The position numbers and the translations under genes are program-made. A stretch of DNA of 64,000 nucleotides from an uncultured Anaerolineales bacterium (GTDB lineage: Bacteria; Chloroflexota; Anaerolineae; Anaerolineales; UBA11858), in assembly GCA_964621835.1 (NCBI GenBank), contig CAZUMA010000002.1:92392-156391 (forward strand), in the 5' to 3' direction. How positions within the stretch are numbered: position 1 is the stretch's first letter; each line of letters opens with the position of its first letter. The notes under the pieces were generated by a model. It ran no database searches. It saw only the letters and a list, made by a program, of their open reading frames with translations, and was not told the DNA's origin. This document shows positions 17,489 to 27,451 of the stretch, one piece after another.

Positions 17489-18191
17489 GCTGCCTTCAAC
17501 CCCCCGGGTGTCTGGCGGTGATTGCCTTTGCGCAGCTGCTTTTCTGCTGCATCTCTTCCCGGAAGCAAGCGAACGATAGGTCGGGATCTGCCTGCAAACA
17601 GGTTTCTGGACCGGGGCTGGAACGGGACCTGCAGCTATAGATCAAAGAATCTGGAAAATATCTATCCACGGCAGGCAGCCAAAATCCCCCACAATTAACC
17701 GGGCAGTGGACCAACCGAATCATCGGGATCTTTCCATCTTGCTGGCTATCTTCTGCCATGAAAACTCTATGAGCAGGAAACTGAGTACTGGAACGATGAG
17801 GTCTGGATATGTTGATCGGTGGAACAACGTGCGGCAAAATTGCCAGATGGTATAAATAATCCTAACACGATTATATCTGGAATTGATACAAACTCTGATC
17901 CTCACCTGGAGTTGAAAGATTCATATTTCCGTAGCTTTGGGGAGAAGCGGGGAACGAACCCAACAGCACGTTGGCAGATTTGGTAAGGATTAAGCATCTG
18001 GCAGGTCCCAGAAAGGAAACCAGTCTGAAGAGGCGGGTGGCTGATTCTGAGGATGTAATCCGTCCAGGCATCTGAACAGAGGGAGTCCGCATTTATTAAC
18101 CTCGTATATAAAAGGGTCCAGGGAAAACCTTGAGGCGGAATCTATGTTAAAATTATAGATTAGTGTACGATAAATACCATGTACCTGCTGG

Positions 18192-18617
18192 ATGGAGATC
18201 ATGGCCAATGTAGTCATAAAAGTAACCTCATTGAATATCGATCCTTTTTCCTTTCATCACCTGCAGGGCCGCAGGGCTTATTGGCAGGTGGTCTCTGGAT
18301 CACAAACCTGGTATCCGCCTACCGATGTTATTGAAACTGCTGAAGGAATCATTATACAGGTGGAAATCGCCGGAATGAAAGACGGGGAGATCAAAATTAC
18401 CCTTGATGAACAATTCCTGCTGATTTCAGGGAATCGACCGAATAAAAAAGAGAAATGTGCCTACCACCAGCTGGAAATTGGGTATGGAAGCTTTCAAACA
18501 GGAATTAAGTTATCCAGCCCGGTTGATATAGAAAAAATAGAAGCAGTCTATGAGGATGGATTTTTAGAGGTCCTGCTGCCGAAGCTGACCCCCAGGCAGA
18601 TTGATATTAAGGATTAA
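18192..18617 (+). CDS. Hsp20/alpha-crystallin-family small heat-shock protein
   Basis: Alpha-crystallin core: PPTDVIETAEGIIIQVEIAGM...ISGNR...GSFQTGIKLSSPVDIEKIEAVYEDGFLEVLLPK. Confidence 0.9.
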   Translation: MEIMANVVIKVTSLNIDPFSFHHLQGRRAYWQVVSGSQTWYPPTDVIETAEGIIIQVEIAGMKDGEIKITLDEQFLLISGNRPNKKEKCAYHQLEIGYGSFQTGIKLSSPVDIEKIEAVYEDGFLEVLLPKLTPRQIDIKD

Positions 18618-21194
18618 GTGTTAATGCCGGCATCATTGTGGAGTACAGATTTCATAGAGTTATTAGAATGGGTGGAGAGAGAGCATCTATCTCTGGAGGA
18701 TATCTTTTTAGGACAGGTGACTTCGGATCTCACAGAAGCAGATCCGGTGCAAGAGACGGATGAAACCAAGGAAAATATCCTCTCAAAAATCCCTGCTTCC
18801 GTCCCGATTCTGCCATTGCGAGGTCTGGTTGTCTATCCGGAAACGGCAGTCCCGCTGTCCATCGGACAGCCTCGTTCGGTTCGTCTGGTCGATGATGTGC
18901 TGGCAGAAGATGATCGTTTGATCGGCCTGGTGGCCTCCAAAGATCCCAAGAAGGAACTTCCCGGTCCTGAGGAATTGTATCAGGTTGGCACAATTGCCTC
19001 TGTTCACCGCCTTTTCCGGGCGCCTGACGCGACAATCCGGCTATTAGTTCAGGGGATTACCCGATTTCGAATCAAGCAGTTTGTTCAAGACGAACCCTAC
19101 CTGAAAGCGGAAATTGAGCTCATTCCGGTTCCAGCGGAGCAGGATTTAGAGATTGATGCTCTGACCAGGCAGGCCCGGGATCAGTTTGCCAATATCACCG
19201 AGCTGGTTCCTTCGGTGCCCAAGGAGCTGGTGGAAGCGGTCTTGTCCCTGGATGATCCTCTCCAGGTGGTCTATACGATTGCCAACTTCCAGCGCATGAA
19301 CCTCGAAGATGCTCAGTCGCTTTTGGAATTGAATACCGTTTCTGAGAAACTACACAAGCTGGTTAATTTTCTGACCCGGGAGCTGGAACTGCTGGAGATT
19401 GGGCAGCGGATCCAGAATCAAGCCAGATCTGAGATTGAGAAAGTCCAACGGGAATATTTCCTGCGGGAGCAGATGAAAGCCATCCGCAGTGAACTGGGTG
19501 AAGAAGATGACCAGGCGGCGGAGGTGGATGAATTCAGGCGGCAAATTTCCCAGGCGGAGATGCCTGAGGAAGCGGAAAAACAAGCTCTAAGGGAATTAGA
19601 TCGGCTGTCGCATCTCCCGGCCGCCTCTGCGGAATACGGCGTGATTCGAACTTATCTTGACTGGATGGTTGAGCTGCCCTGGTCTGAGATCACCGAGGAC
19701 AACCTGTCCATCCCCCGCGCCAGGGAGGTCCTGGATGAAGACCACTACGGACTGCAGGATGTTAAAGAGAGAATCCTGGAGTTTCTGGCGGTCCGAAAGC
19801 TTCGAAAAGAGCGGGAGGGAGAAATTGAAGATACCTACGAGGATGACATCCGGCAGATACGGGAGGGGGTGATTTTATGTTTTGTTGGCCCTCCCGGTGT
19901 GGGCAAAACATCTCTGGGTCGGTCGATTGCCAGGGCGATGAACCGGAAATTCATACGAATATCCCTGGGTGGAGTGCGTGATGAAGCCGAAATTCGCGGC
20001 CACCGCAGAACCTATATCGGTGCATTGCCAGGAAGAATCATCCAGGCGTTAAGGCGAGTGGGAACAAATAACCCGGTCTTCATGATGGACGAGATTGATA
20101 AATTGGGCCGTGATTACCGGGGAGATCCCACCTCAGCGCTTCTGGAGGTGCTTGATCCGGAACAGAACAACGAGTTCCGAGACCATTATATTGAGGTTGC
20201 CTATGACTTGTCCAAGGTCATGTTCATTACAACGGCAAACCTGCTCGAACCCATACCCTCCCCGCTTCGCGATCGGATGGAAATCATCAAATTATCCGGG
20301 TACACCGATAGTGAGAAAAAAGCGATTGCCAAGGGATATCTGATCCCAAGACAGATCCGTGAAAACGGATTGAAGGCAGAGGAGATATCCTTTACGGATG
20401 ATGCCCTCCATTCCCTTATCCGCTCCTATACCCGGGAGTCCGGGGTCCGGAATCTGGAACGGGAAATCGGTGCCTTGTGTCGTAAAGTGGTCACCTTGAT
20501 CGCCGAAGCGAAAGCAGACCGCGTTGAGATCACACCAGACAAGGTGACTGAATTCCTGGGGAGGCCGAAGTATTTCGGGGATGAGGAGCTGGCAGAACGA
20601 ACTTCTGTTCCAGGGGTGGCTACAGGTCTGGCCTGGACCTCTACGGGGGGTGAGGTCTTGTTTGTAGAAGCCACCTCAATGGCTGGCAGCAAGAGCTTTC
20701 AGCTGACCGGTTCCCTAGGAGATGTCATGAAAGAGTCTGCCCAGGCGGCGCTTTCCTACGTCCGCTCCCGAGCGAAAGAGCTTGGACTCAAGAAGGAATA
20801 CTTCAAGGATCGGGATATTCATCTCCATGTCCCTGCCGGAGCCCAGCCGAAGGATGGCCCTTCTGCGGGGGTAGCGATGGCCACGGCGCTGGTCTCCCTG
20901 GTCACTAACAGACCCGTTCATAGTACGGTTGGGATGACGGGCGAAATCACCTTGCGAGGTCAGGTACTGCCCGTGGGAGGGATTAAAGAAAAAGTCCTGG
21001 CGGCTTACCGGGCGGGCTGCACCACGGTGATCCTTCCAAAACGAAATCAGGCTGATCTGGAAGAGGACATTCCGGACGAGGTGATGGAATCCCTTGATTT
21101 TGTCTTTGTTGAAACCGTTGAAGAGGTTTGGGAGGCAGCCCTATCTGATGGAAAAGCTTCTCCCAAAAAGCGCCAGAAGGAAGACGCCCAATAA
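18618..21194 (+). CDS. lon: ATP-dependent Lon protease (LonA type)
   Basis: Lon N-domain ([16 protein letters not shown]), Walker [10 protein letters not shown], Walker B FMMDEIDK, and protease domain [11 protein letters not shown] (catalytic Ser) with GGIKEK. The start directly abuts the hsp20 stop, and about 60 aa precede the usual N-terminus, so the true start may be internal. Confidence 0.96.
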   Translation: MLMPASLWSTDFIELLEWVEREHLSLEDIFLGQVTSDLTEADPVQETDETKENILSKIPASVPILPLRGLVVYPETAVPLSIGQPRSVRLVDDVLAEDDRLIGLVASKDPKKELPGPEELYQVGTIASVHRLFRAPDATIRLLVQGITRFRIKQFVQDEPYLKAEIELIPVPAEQDLEIDALTRQARDQFANITELVPSVPKELVEAVLSLDDPLQVVYTIANFQRMNLEDAQSLLELNTVSEKLHKLVNFLTRELELLEIGQRIQNQARSEIEKVQREYFLREQMKAIRSELGEEDDQAAEVDEFRRQISQAEMPEEAEKQALRELDRLSHLPAASAEYGVIRTYLDWMVELPWSEITEDNLSIPRAREVLDEDHYGLQDVKERILEFLAVRKLRKEREGEIEDTYEDDIRQIREGVILCFVGPPGVGKTSLGRSIARAMNRKFIRISLGGVRDEAEIRGHRRTYIGALPGRIIQALRRVGTNNPVFMMDEIDKLGRDYRGDPTSALLEVLDPEQNNEFRDHYIEVAYDLSKVMFITTANLLEPIPSPLRDRMEIIKLSGYTDSEKKAIAKGYLIPRQIRENGLKAEEISFTDDALHSLIRSYTRESGVRNLEREIGALCRKVVTLIAEAKADRVEITPDKVTEFLGRPKYFGDEELAERTSVPGVATGLAWTSTGGEVLFVEATSMAGSKSFQLTGSLGDVMKESAQAALSYVRSRAKELGLKKEYFKDRDIHLHVPAGAQPKDGPSAGVAMATALVSLVTNRPVHSTVGMTGEITLRGQVLPVGGIKEKVLAAYRAGCTTVILPKRNQADLEEDIPDEVMESLDFVFVETVEEVWEAALSDGKASPKKRQKEDAQ

Positions 21195-21197
21195 ACC

Positions 21198-21575
21198 ATG
21201 GCGAATTTGCTGATTGTCGAGGATCAGGAAGCCATCCGGGAATCGATTTCCGCGCTGCTGGGACTGGAAGGACATCAGGTGGAAGTGGCTGTTGAGAAGG
21301 ACCGGATCCTCCAATTATTGAATCAAGGAGGTGTGGATTTAGTATTGCTTGATGTTCATCTTAAGTCTTCTCAAGGCAGAGAAGTTTCCGGGTACGAGAT
21401 CCTGGATATCATCCGCCGCTCTCCTGTCTTGAAAGATATCCGTGTGGTGATGACCTCCGGGATGAACTTTCAGTATCAGGCACTGCAGGCGGGAGCCGAT
21501 GCCTTCCTGGCAAAACCCTATATGCCAGAAGAATTGGCAGAGGTGATCAATCAGGCCTTAGCAACAAAAGAGTAA
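21198..21575 (+). CDS. Stand-alone CheY-like response regulator receiver protein
   Basis: LIVEDQE, LVLLDVHL (acceptor Asp), VVMTSG and LAKPY motifs. It starts 3 nt after the lon stop. Confidence 0.85.
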   Translation: MANLLIVEDQEAIRESISALLGLEGHQVEVAVEKDRILQLLNQGGVDLVLLDVHLKSSQGREVSGYEILDIIRRSPVLKDIRVVMTSGMNFQYQALQAGADAFLAKPYMPEELAEVINQALATKE

Positions 21576-21761
21576 ATGCATCCAATTTCGGATGCGGAAC
21601 CTGGAGCCGGACATCTCGGGGTCCAGGATGAAGAAGAATACTATTTAGATATTACAGTCCGTGATTTATTACACAATCTTAGATCCCACATTCTGGTATC
21701 AGGATTGAATTATACATTTGGTATTACCTCACCGGACTGTGAAGGTAGAGAGTTATCGTGA
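21576..21761 (+). CDS. Possible small protein (61 aa), unsupported beyond ORF geometry
   Basis: The ATG directly follows the receiver-gene stop, and the stop overlaps the next GTG (GTGA). There is no recognisable motif, and the 3' half is AT-rich and could instead be intergenic. Confidence 0.25.
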   Translation: MHPISDAEPGAGHLGVQDEEEYYLDITVRDLLHNLRSHILVSGLNYTFGITSPDCEGRELS

Positions 21762-23503
21762 CAAACAATAATCAACGTACCGGTCTCAACTGGTACACGA
21801 TGGATTTACATTTACATACCCCGGCATCAGCGGATTACCTACAACCAGAAGTCAGTTATTTGGATATCCTGAAAAAGGCTGCATCCAGGGGGCTGGACAT
21901 CATCGCCTTTACCGACCACAACACGGTGGCCGGCTACCGGCGAATGCAGGAAGAAATTGATCAGCTCATGCTGCTGAAAAAACTAAATCGGCTCCTTCCG
22001 GAGGAAGAATCCAGGCTTTCGGAATATCAGAAGCTGCTGAAGCGGGTTCTGGTCCTTCCGGGATTTGAATTCACCGCAACCTTTGGTTTCCATATCCTCG
22101 CCATCTTCCCGGAGGACAAACCCATCCGGGATATCGAGCATCTCCTGCTGGAGCTGAATATCCCTTCCGAGCAGCTGGATGAGGGCTCCGTAACTGTTGG
22201 AGCCAGTGTTGACGTACTCACAGCTTATCGATTGATTGATGAGGCAGAGGGGATGGCGATCGCCGCCCATGCGAACTCCAACAACGGAGTGGCAATGCGC
22301 CGGTTTCCTTTTGGGGGTCAGACCAAGATCGCCTACACCCAGGATCCCCATCTGATTGCCTTAGAGGTGACCGATCTTGAGAAAAAGGGACGCTACACCA
22401 CAGCTTCTTTTTTCAGCGGGAATAAACCTGAGTACCCGAGACGGATGCACTGCATCCAGGGCTCGGATGCCCACCTGATGAAACAAGATAGTGCCTACCA
22501 GAATAAACTGGGGGTGGGAGACCGGACCACAGATGTCAGGCTTCCTAACCGGTCTTTTTGGGCTTTACGAGAGCTTTTTGAAAGCAATAGTTTTTCCCGG
22601 GTCCGACCTCACCGGCATGGATCTCAGCCCGCCTATGATTTCATTCGGGACGCCCGTCAGGAAGGCTCCACATTTGTGCAGGATTTCCATCCCAAGATGA
22701 CTGTTCGTGGAGGGCATTTATACTCCATCATCGCGGATGTGTGCGCCTTTGCGAACTCAAACGGGGGAACATTGTATCTGGGGCTTTCAGCTGACCCGGA
22801 CGAACCCTTTGAAGGGATCTCCCGACCCAAACCCGGGGTGGATAAGCTCAAGTCAGAAATCAGTAAGCGCATCAGCCCCGAGCTGGAATGCAGATTTGAA
22901 GTACAGAAATCGGAAGGCAAAAATGTCATTCAGATCATGGTTCCAAAAGGGGAGGATCCTCCCTATGCAGTGGATGATAACAAAATCTATCTGAGAACGG
23001 AAAATGAAACCGGCATGGCGGTGCGGGATGAGATTGTTGAGCTGGTGGTCCAGGGGCAAAAAATCCAGTCCGAACCTGAACTTCCCGTTCAAGCTGCGCC
23101 GCTGCCGATTCCCGGATCCCAGGATGTGTATAAGATGGTTACAGATCAACCAGAACCGGAAGAGCCTCCCCGGACAGGCGTGGAAATTGTCTCAGTAAAT
23201 AAACGGGGAGGGGAGCAGTATTTCACAGTCCGGGACCTCCGGAATGGAAACACGGTTCAGAATGTAACCTTGAAATCTTCCCGGCGGCTGTGGCATTATG
23301 CAATCTCACAATATCTGAAGCAGCCCAGTTCTCCGAAGAATATGGACTTGAAGTGGTACGGGGACATGGCCCTGATGGGAAAAAAGAAGCGCGGAAATTC
23401 TTCCAGCTATGATCTGATTCAGCGCACCTCCGATGGGTTCCGCTTCTATTATGGAGTAACCGATGATGGGATCCACGGAAAATGGGAGCAGGTTGCCCAT
23501 TAG
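21758..23503 (+). CDS. PHP-domain phosphoesterase fused to an AlbA_2 (Schlafen-like putative DNA-binding) domain
   Basis: PHP motifs: [34 protein letters not shown]. AlbA_2-like core: [19 protein letters not shown]...[16 protein letters not shown]...[21 protein letters not shown]. About 130 aa at the C-terminus are unassigned. Confidence 0.75.
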   Translation: MTNNNQRTGLNWYTMDLHLHTPASADYLQPEVSYLDILKKAASRGLDIIAFTDHNTVAGYRRMQEEIDQLMLLKKLNRLLPEEESRLSEYQKLLKRVLVLPGFEFTATFGFHILAIFPEDKPIRDIEHLLLELNIPSEQLDEGSVTVGASVDVLTAYRLIDEAEGMAIAAHANSNNGVAMRRFPFGGQTKIAYTQDPHLIALEVTDLEKKGRYTTASFFSGNKPEYPRRMHCIQGSDAHLMKQDSAYQNKLGVGDRTTDVRLPNRSFWALRELFESNSFSRVRPHRHGSQPAYDFIRDARQEGSTFVQDFHPKMTVRGGHLYSIIADVCAFANSNGGTLYLGLSADPDEPFEGISRPKPGVDKLKSEISKRISPELECRFEVQKSEGKNVIQIMVPKGEDPPYAVDDNKIYLRTENETGMAVRDEIVELVVQGQKIQSEPELPVQAAPLPIPGSQDVYKMVTDQPEPEEPPRTGVEIVSVNKRGGEQYFTVRDLRNGNTVQNVTLKSSRRLWHYAISQYLKQPSSPKNMDLKWYGDMALMGKKKRGNSSSYDLIQRTSDGFRFYYGVTDDGIHGKWEQVAH

Positions 23504-23512
23504 GGGGATGCC

Positions 23513-24034
23513 TTGATCCTTAAAGTGGCCATCTTGACCATCTCAGACAGATCTTCTCGCGGGGAGCGGCCGGATCAATCCGGTCCATTATTGCGTGAAG
23601 CCGTCCAGAAAAGGGGCTGGCAGGTAAGTGGGGAAGATATTCTTCCAGATCAGGATGCAGCCATCAGGCAAAAGCTCATTAAATGGGCTGATTCAGGTGA
23701 TCACCATCTGATCCTGACCACTGGAGGCACGGGGTTTTCCCCACGGGATATCACCCCGGAGGCGACCCGGTCGGTATTAGACCGGGAGGCACCTGGACTG
23801 GTTGAGGCCATGCGGGCTGAGAGTTTGAAAATCACTCCTCACGCCATGCTCTCCAGGGCATCTGCTGGCATTCGTGGGGATACTTTGATTGTCAATCTCC
23901 CTGGAAGTCCAAAAGGGGCCCTGGAAAATCTTCAAGTTATTCTTCCAGTCCTGCCCCACGCCGTCCAGCTCCTTCAGGAAGATCGTCAGGCAGAATCCAG
24001 CCATCAGCTCTCCCCAGATCCAAATCAGGGTTGA
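23513..24034 (+). CDS. mog: Molybdopterin adenylyltransferase MogA/MoaB-family protein
   Basis: VAILTISDRSSRGERPDQSGP...LILTTGGTGFSPRDITPEAT...LPGSPKG is a typical MoCF_biosynth domain. TTG start (or GVal at 23525). Confidence 0.88.
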   Translation: MILKVAILTISDRSSRGERPDQSGPLLREAVQKRGWQVSGEDILPDQDAAIRQKLIKWADSGDHHLILTTGGTGFSPRDITPEATRSVLDREAPGLVEAMRAESLKITPHAMLSRASAGIRGDTLIVNLPGSPKGALENLQVILPVLPHAVQLLQEDRQAESSHQLSPDPNQG

Positions 24035-24071
24035 TTTACGTCCTGACCGAAAAATGATCTTGTAAGCCTGG

Positions 24072-25235
24072 CTATCCCAGACGGATAGGCCCATCCTGGA
24101 GGACTTTTCTGGCGATCACCAGCCGCTGTATCTCGCTGGTCCCTTCCCCTATTGTCATCAATCGGGCGGCCCGATACATTGCTTCCACCGGGTATTCACG
24201 ACTGTATCCATAGGCTCCATGGATCTGAATAGCATTCCGTGTCACCCGCTCTGCCATCTCGGTTGCGTGCAGCTTCGCTGCTGCCCCTGCCAGGGTGAAG
24301 GGACGGCCTTGATCCTTTAACCAGGCCGCATGATAGATCATCAGCCGCGCTGCATGAACCTCCATCGCAGCATCTGCGATCATCCACTGCACTGCCTGCT
24401 GTCTGGCTATGGGCTTTCCAAAGGCTTCCCTTGCTTTCGCATATGATACGGCTTCTTCAAGCGCAGACTGGGCAATTCCCACTGAAAGGGCACCGATGCT
24501 GATCCTCCCCCCGTCCAGGATTCTCAGCGTTTGCTGCAGCCCACACCCTTCCTCGCCAAGAAGATGATCCTCGGAAAGCTGGACATTTTCATAACAGACT
24601 TCGTGGCTGTGGGTCCCACCCGCACCCATTTTTTTCTCAGGTGGAGCAACCGTCAATCCTGCTGTATCTGCTGGAACGATGAAAAGGCTCATCCCGTGGC
24701 TGCCCTTTTTGGGATCAGTTTTCGCCAGGGTGACAATGAAGGCCGCCTTTCCGGCATTGGTAATCCAGGCCTTACTTCCTTGAAGAACCCAACTTCCATT
24801 CCTTTTCTCTGCTGTTGTTTGGATCCCCTGGAGATCTGATCCAGCCTGGGGTTCAGTCAGCGCCAGGGAGGTCAGCCGGGCGCTGTCACCAGTCACAGGG
24901 GGCAAAAACCTTTCTTTTTGATCCCTGGTTCCAAAAAGCTCCACAGCAGCACATCCAAGCTCGTTGTGTGCTTCAAGGGTGAGAGCGATTCCGCCATCCC
25001 CCCAAGCGACCTCTTCAATGGCAATGGCTGCGCTGACTGCATCCAGCTCAGATCCCCCATACGCCTCAGACACAGACATTCCCATCAAACCCAGCGGCCC
25101 CATTTTTTTCAATAATGCGGGGGGGATAACCTCAGTTTCATTAATGTCATGCGAAATTGGCTTAAGCTCCTTTTTTACAAAAGCATGGACTGCGTTCCGC
25201 CACAACCGCTGTTCCTCAGAAAGCTGAAAATTCAT
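24072..25235 (-). CDS. Acyl-CoA dehydrogenase
   Basis: 387 aa with the ACAD pattern: LTEPQAGSD, WITNAG, ARLMIYHAA, and QIHGAYGYSREYPVEAMYRAARLMTIGEGTSEIQ (catalytic Glu context). Confidence 0.93.
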   Translation of the reverse strand: MNFQLSEEQRLWRNAVHAFVKKELKPISHDINETEVIPPALLKKMGPLGLMGMSVSEAYGGSELDAVSAAIAIEEVAWGDGGIALTLEAHNELGCAAVELFGTRDQKERFLPPVTGDSARLTSLALTEPQAGSDLQGIQTTAEKRNGSWVLQGSKAWITNAGKAAFIVTLAKTDPKKGSHGMSLFIVPADTAGLTVAPPEKKMGAGGTHSHEVCYENVQLSEDHLLGEEGCGLQQTLRILDGGRISIGALSVGIAQSALEEAVSYAKAREAFGKPIARQQAVQWMIADAAMEVHAARLMIYHAAWLKDQGRPFTLAGAAAKLHATEMAERVTRNAIQIHGAYGYSREYPVEAMYRAARLMTIGEGTSEIQRLVIARKVLQDGPIRLG

Positions 25236-25459
25236 CTTTCCTCCTTGTCGTGTATCTGTCCAGGTCTGATCGGGTAATCGGGGTGGGTGATTTTCCTGGA
25301 TTTCAGGCCGGGCTGCTGGATATTTTTATTCTACCCACTGGGAAGGCGGGAATCAAATGGAGATTTCGATCAGGACCTGGAAAACAAATCAATCGCCCTG
25401 CAGCTCTGGTAAAATCAGGGCACATTTTTATTCAGCATTATTGACCAGGGAAGGTATTC

Positions 25460-26284
25460 TTGATGAAAAAAACCGCAATTGTGACCGGTGCATCGTCAGG
25501 GATTGGGGCAGCGGCGGCGGAAAAAATAGCCGGGGAGGGATATTTCGTGGTCCTGGCCGCCCGCCGGTTGGAGCGCCTGAAAACTGTTGCAGATCGGATC
25601 CATTCCATGGGTGGGGAAGCACTTCCTGTAAAAACAGACCTGCAGGATCCCGACCAAATCCGGACGCTTGTGAACAGAACCATGGAAGCCACCGGGAGGG
25701 TGGATGTCTTGGTGAATAATGCTGGTTTCGGACGCTTAATCTGGTTCGATGAGCAGGAGCTGGAAAAAGATATCGCTGCTCAAATCCAGGTAAATCTAAC
25801 TGGAGCGATTCAGCTCACCGGGATGATCCTGCCGATCCTGCTGGAGCAGGATCGTGGACAGATCATTTGGATTTCCTCGGTTTCGAGTTTTGTGGGGGTT
25901 CCCACCTACAGCATATATACTGCTGCCAAGTTCGGCATGCGGGGGTTTGCAGAGAGTCTGCGCAGGGAGCTTCGGGGAACTGGGGTGCAGGTATCGTCCA
26001 TTTACCTGGGGGGGGTGGACACCGAGTTTGACCAGCATACAGGTGTGCACTGGAAGATAACCGGGGTCACCCCCGGATGGCTGCTGTTATCACCTGGAGA
26101 AGTCGCGGAAAAAATCCTCAGGGTGATTAAGACTGGGAGGCAAAAAGTGGTCTTCCCCTGGATGATGAATATCGCCATCTGGGGGAACATCCTGTTTCCA
26201 GGGCTGGTGGGGTGGCTCCTCTCAAGGAGATTCTACCGGAAGGATGGGAAAACTGTGGCCTGGAACACCAAGGAAGGGGACTGA
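25460..26284 (+). CDS. Short-chain dehydrogenase/reductase (SDR) family oxidoreductase
   Basis: TGASSGIG cofactor motif, NNAG, and the YTAAK active-site YxxxK. Confidence 0.9.
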   Translation: MMKKTAIVTGASSGIGAAAAEKIAGEGYFVVLAARRLERLKTVADRIHSMGGEALPVKTDLQDPDQIRTLVNRTMEATGRVDVLVNNAGFGRLIWFDEQELEKDIAAQIQVNLTGAIQLTGMILPILLEQDRGQIIWISSVSSFVGVPTYSIYTAAKFGMRGFAESLRRELRGTGVQVSSIYLGGVDTEFDQHTGVHWKITGVTPGWLLLSPGEVAEKILRVIKTGRQKVVFPWMMNIAIWGNILFPGLVGWLLSRRFYRKDGKTVAWNTKEGD

Positions 26285-26341
26285 GGTCAGCAGACGATCC
26301 AAAAAAACAACACCTGACCAGGGCGTTGTCGGAAATCTTGT

Positions 26342-26842
26342 TTAAGTTGGCGGCTGGTCTTGATCCAGTTCCGGGGGGGGATTAAATTGCTGTTTTTGTT
26401 GTTCTTCTTCCAGGATAAAAATCCCATTGCGGACCTGATTTAGGACGCGTTCCAGAGCAATTTCAAGATTTGTGAGCGTTTCAGCAACATATTCATCCGC
26501 ATCTGCCTGGGTGGATTTGGCTCGCAATTCTGCCTCAGCCTCGATCTGTTTTGCCTTTTTCCTGGCATCTTGAACAATGCTGTCTCTATCGATGATTTTT
26601 TCACTTTTTTCTTTGGCGAGGTTGAGGGTTCGATTGGCTTCTTCTTTCGCTTGGGCAATGACCCGGTCTTTTTGTGCCAGGACCTGTTGAGATTTTTTTA
26701 CTTCATCTGGAATGGCTACCCGCATCTGGTCGATCAGGTCCAGGACGCGGTCTTCATCGATAATCACATTGCGGGTGAATGGAATGGATTGGCTGCTGTT
26801 GATCAACTCTTCCAATCGATCCACAAGGTGCAGGATATCCAT
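26342..26842 (-). CDS. Coiled-coil protein resembling ATP synthase b / DivIVA-like segments, function unknown
   Basis: Highly charged heptad-like sequence (AQAKEEANRTLNLAKEKSEKII...KKAKQIEAEAELRAK). Start at ATG 26842 (MDILHLV, GGGAGGAG upstream). Confidence 0.6.
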   Translation of the reverse strand: MDILHLVDRLEELINSSQSIPFTRNVIIDEDRVLDLIDQMRVAIPDEVKKSQQVLAQKDRVIAQAKEEANRTLNLAKEKSEKIIDRDSIVQDARKKAKQIEAEAELRAKSTQADADEYVAETLTNLEIALERVLNQVRNGIFILEEEQQKQQFNPPPELDQDQPPT

Positions 26843-26892
26843 GGTGCTCCTCCCAAAAGAAGTACCTTTGTAGTATATCACGAAACATTTGG

Positions 26893-27417
26893 TTAATCTC
26901 TCAGCGAGGTGCGGGGGACAATGCTCTGGTTGCTGCCCAGTTCTTTGAACCGTTCTTGTAAAGCCTTCGCAACCACTTCGGGAACCAGTGAGCTGACATC
27001 CCCACCCAGGGCAGCAATCTCTCGGACTGTGGAACCGCTCAGAAAAGTGTGGTCCTTATTGGTGATCAGGGCAACCACTTCTATGTCGGGGGCTAAGCGG
27101 TGATTTGCCAGTGCCATCCGAAACTCATATTCAAAATCCGAAAATACCCGGAGTCCTCGAACGATCACTTCCGCATCAATTTTGTGACAGAATTCAACCG
27201 TCAAGCCGCTGTAGCCCATGACCTTGATGTTTTCTGTGGAATTAAGGGCATTTTTTACCAGTTCAATCCGCTTCTCCGGTGAAAACAGCAGCCGTTTTAG
27301 AGGCTGGTCATAGACTGCCACAACCACTTCATCAAACAGTCGGGCGGCTCGTTTTGCAATGTCAATATGCCCGTAGTGGACAGGATCAAATGTACCAGGG
27401 AAGACAGCGCGTATCAT
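26893..27417 (-). CDS. coaD: Phosphopantetheine adenylyltransferase
   Basis: AVFPGTFDPVHYGHIDI (HxGH nucleotidyltransferase motif), and ISSTLVRE replaced by GSTVREI. Start at ATG 27417. Confidence 0.95.
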   Translation of the reverse strand: MIRAVFPGTFDPVHYGHIDIAKRAARLFDEVVVAVYDQPLKRLLFSPEKRIELVKNALNSTENIKVMGYSGLTVEFCHKIDAEVIVRGLRVFSDFEYEFRMALANHRLAPDIEVVALITNKDHTFLSGSTVREIAALGGDVSSLVPEVVAKALQERFKELGSNQSIVPRTSLRD

Positions 27418-27451
27418 GAGGTGCTCCAATCCAGGGTGATTTTTAAGGGTG

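Noticed and set aside
17496-17837. 113-aa minus-strand ORF directly upstream of the 102-aa membrane ORF
   Set aside because: It is Cys/Arg/Pro/Ser-rich with no motif and no convincing SD, and it overlaps other equally poor ORFs. It could be a decayed gene, but I cannot support calling it a CDS.
17985-18040. SRP-RNA-like string GGCAGGTCCCAGAAAGGAAACCAG, resembling the 4.5S domain IV CAGGUCCGGAAGGAAGCAGC
   Set aside because: The conserved 3' AGCA of the symmetric loop is missing, the loop is not a GNRA tetraloop, and the flanking arms do not pair into the required long hairpin when folded by hand.
18130-18165. Possible hsp20 promoter (TTGAGG-N18-TATAGA) and a heat-shock operator (CIRCE/HAIR) upstream of hsp20-lon
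   Set aside because: The promoter match is mediocre. CTTGAGG has no ACTCAAG partner, and there is no TTAGCACTC-N9-GAGTGCTAA. Neither a promoter nor a heat-shock control element is supportable.
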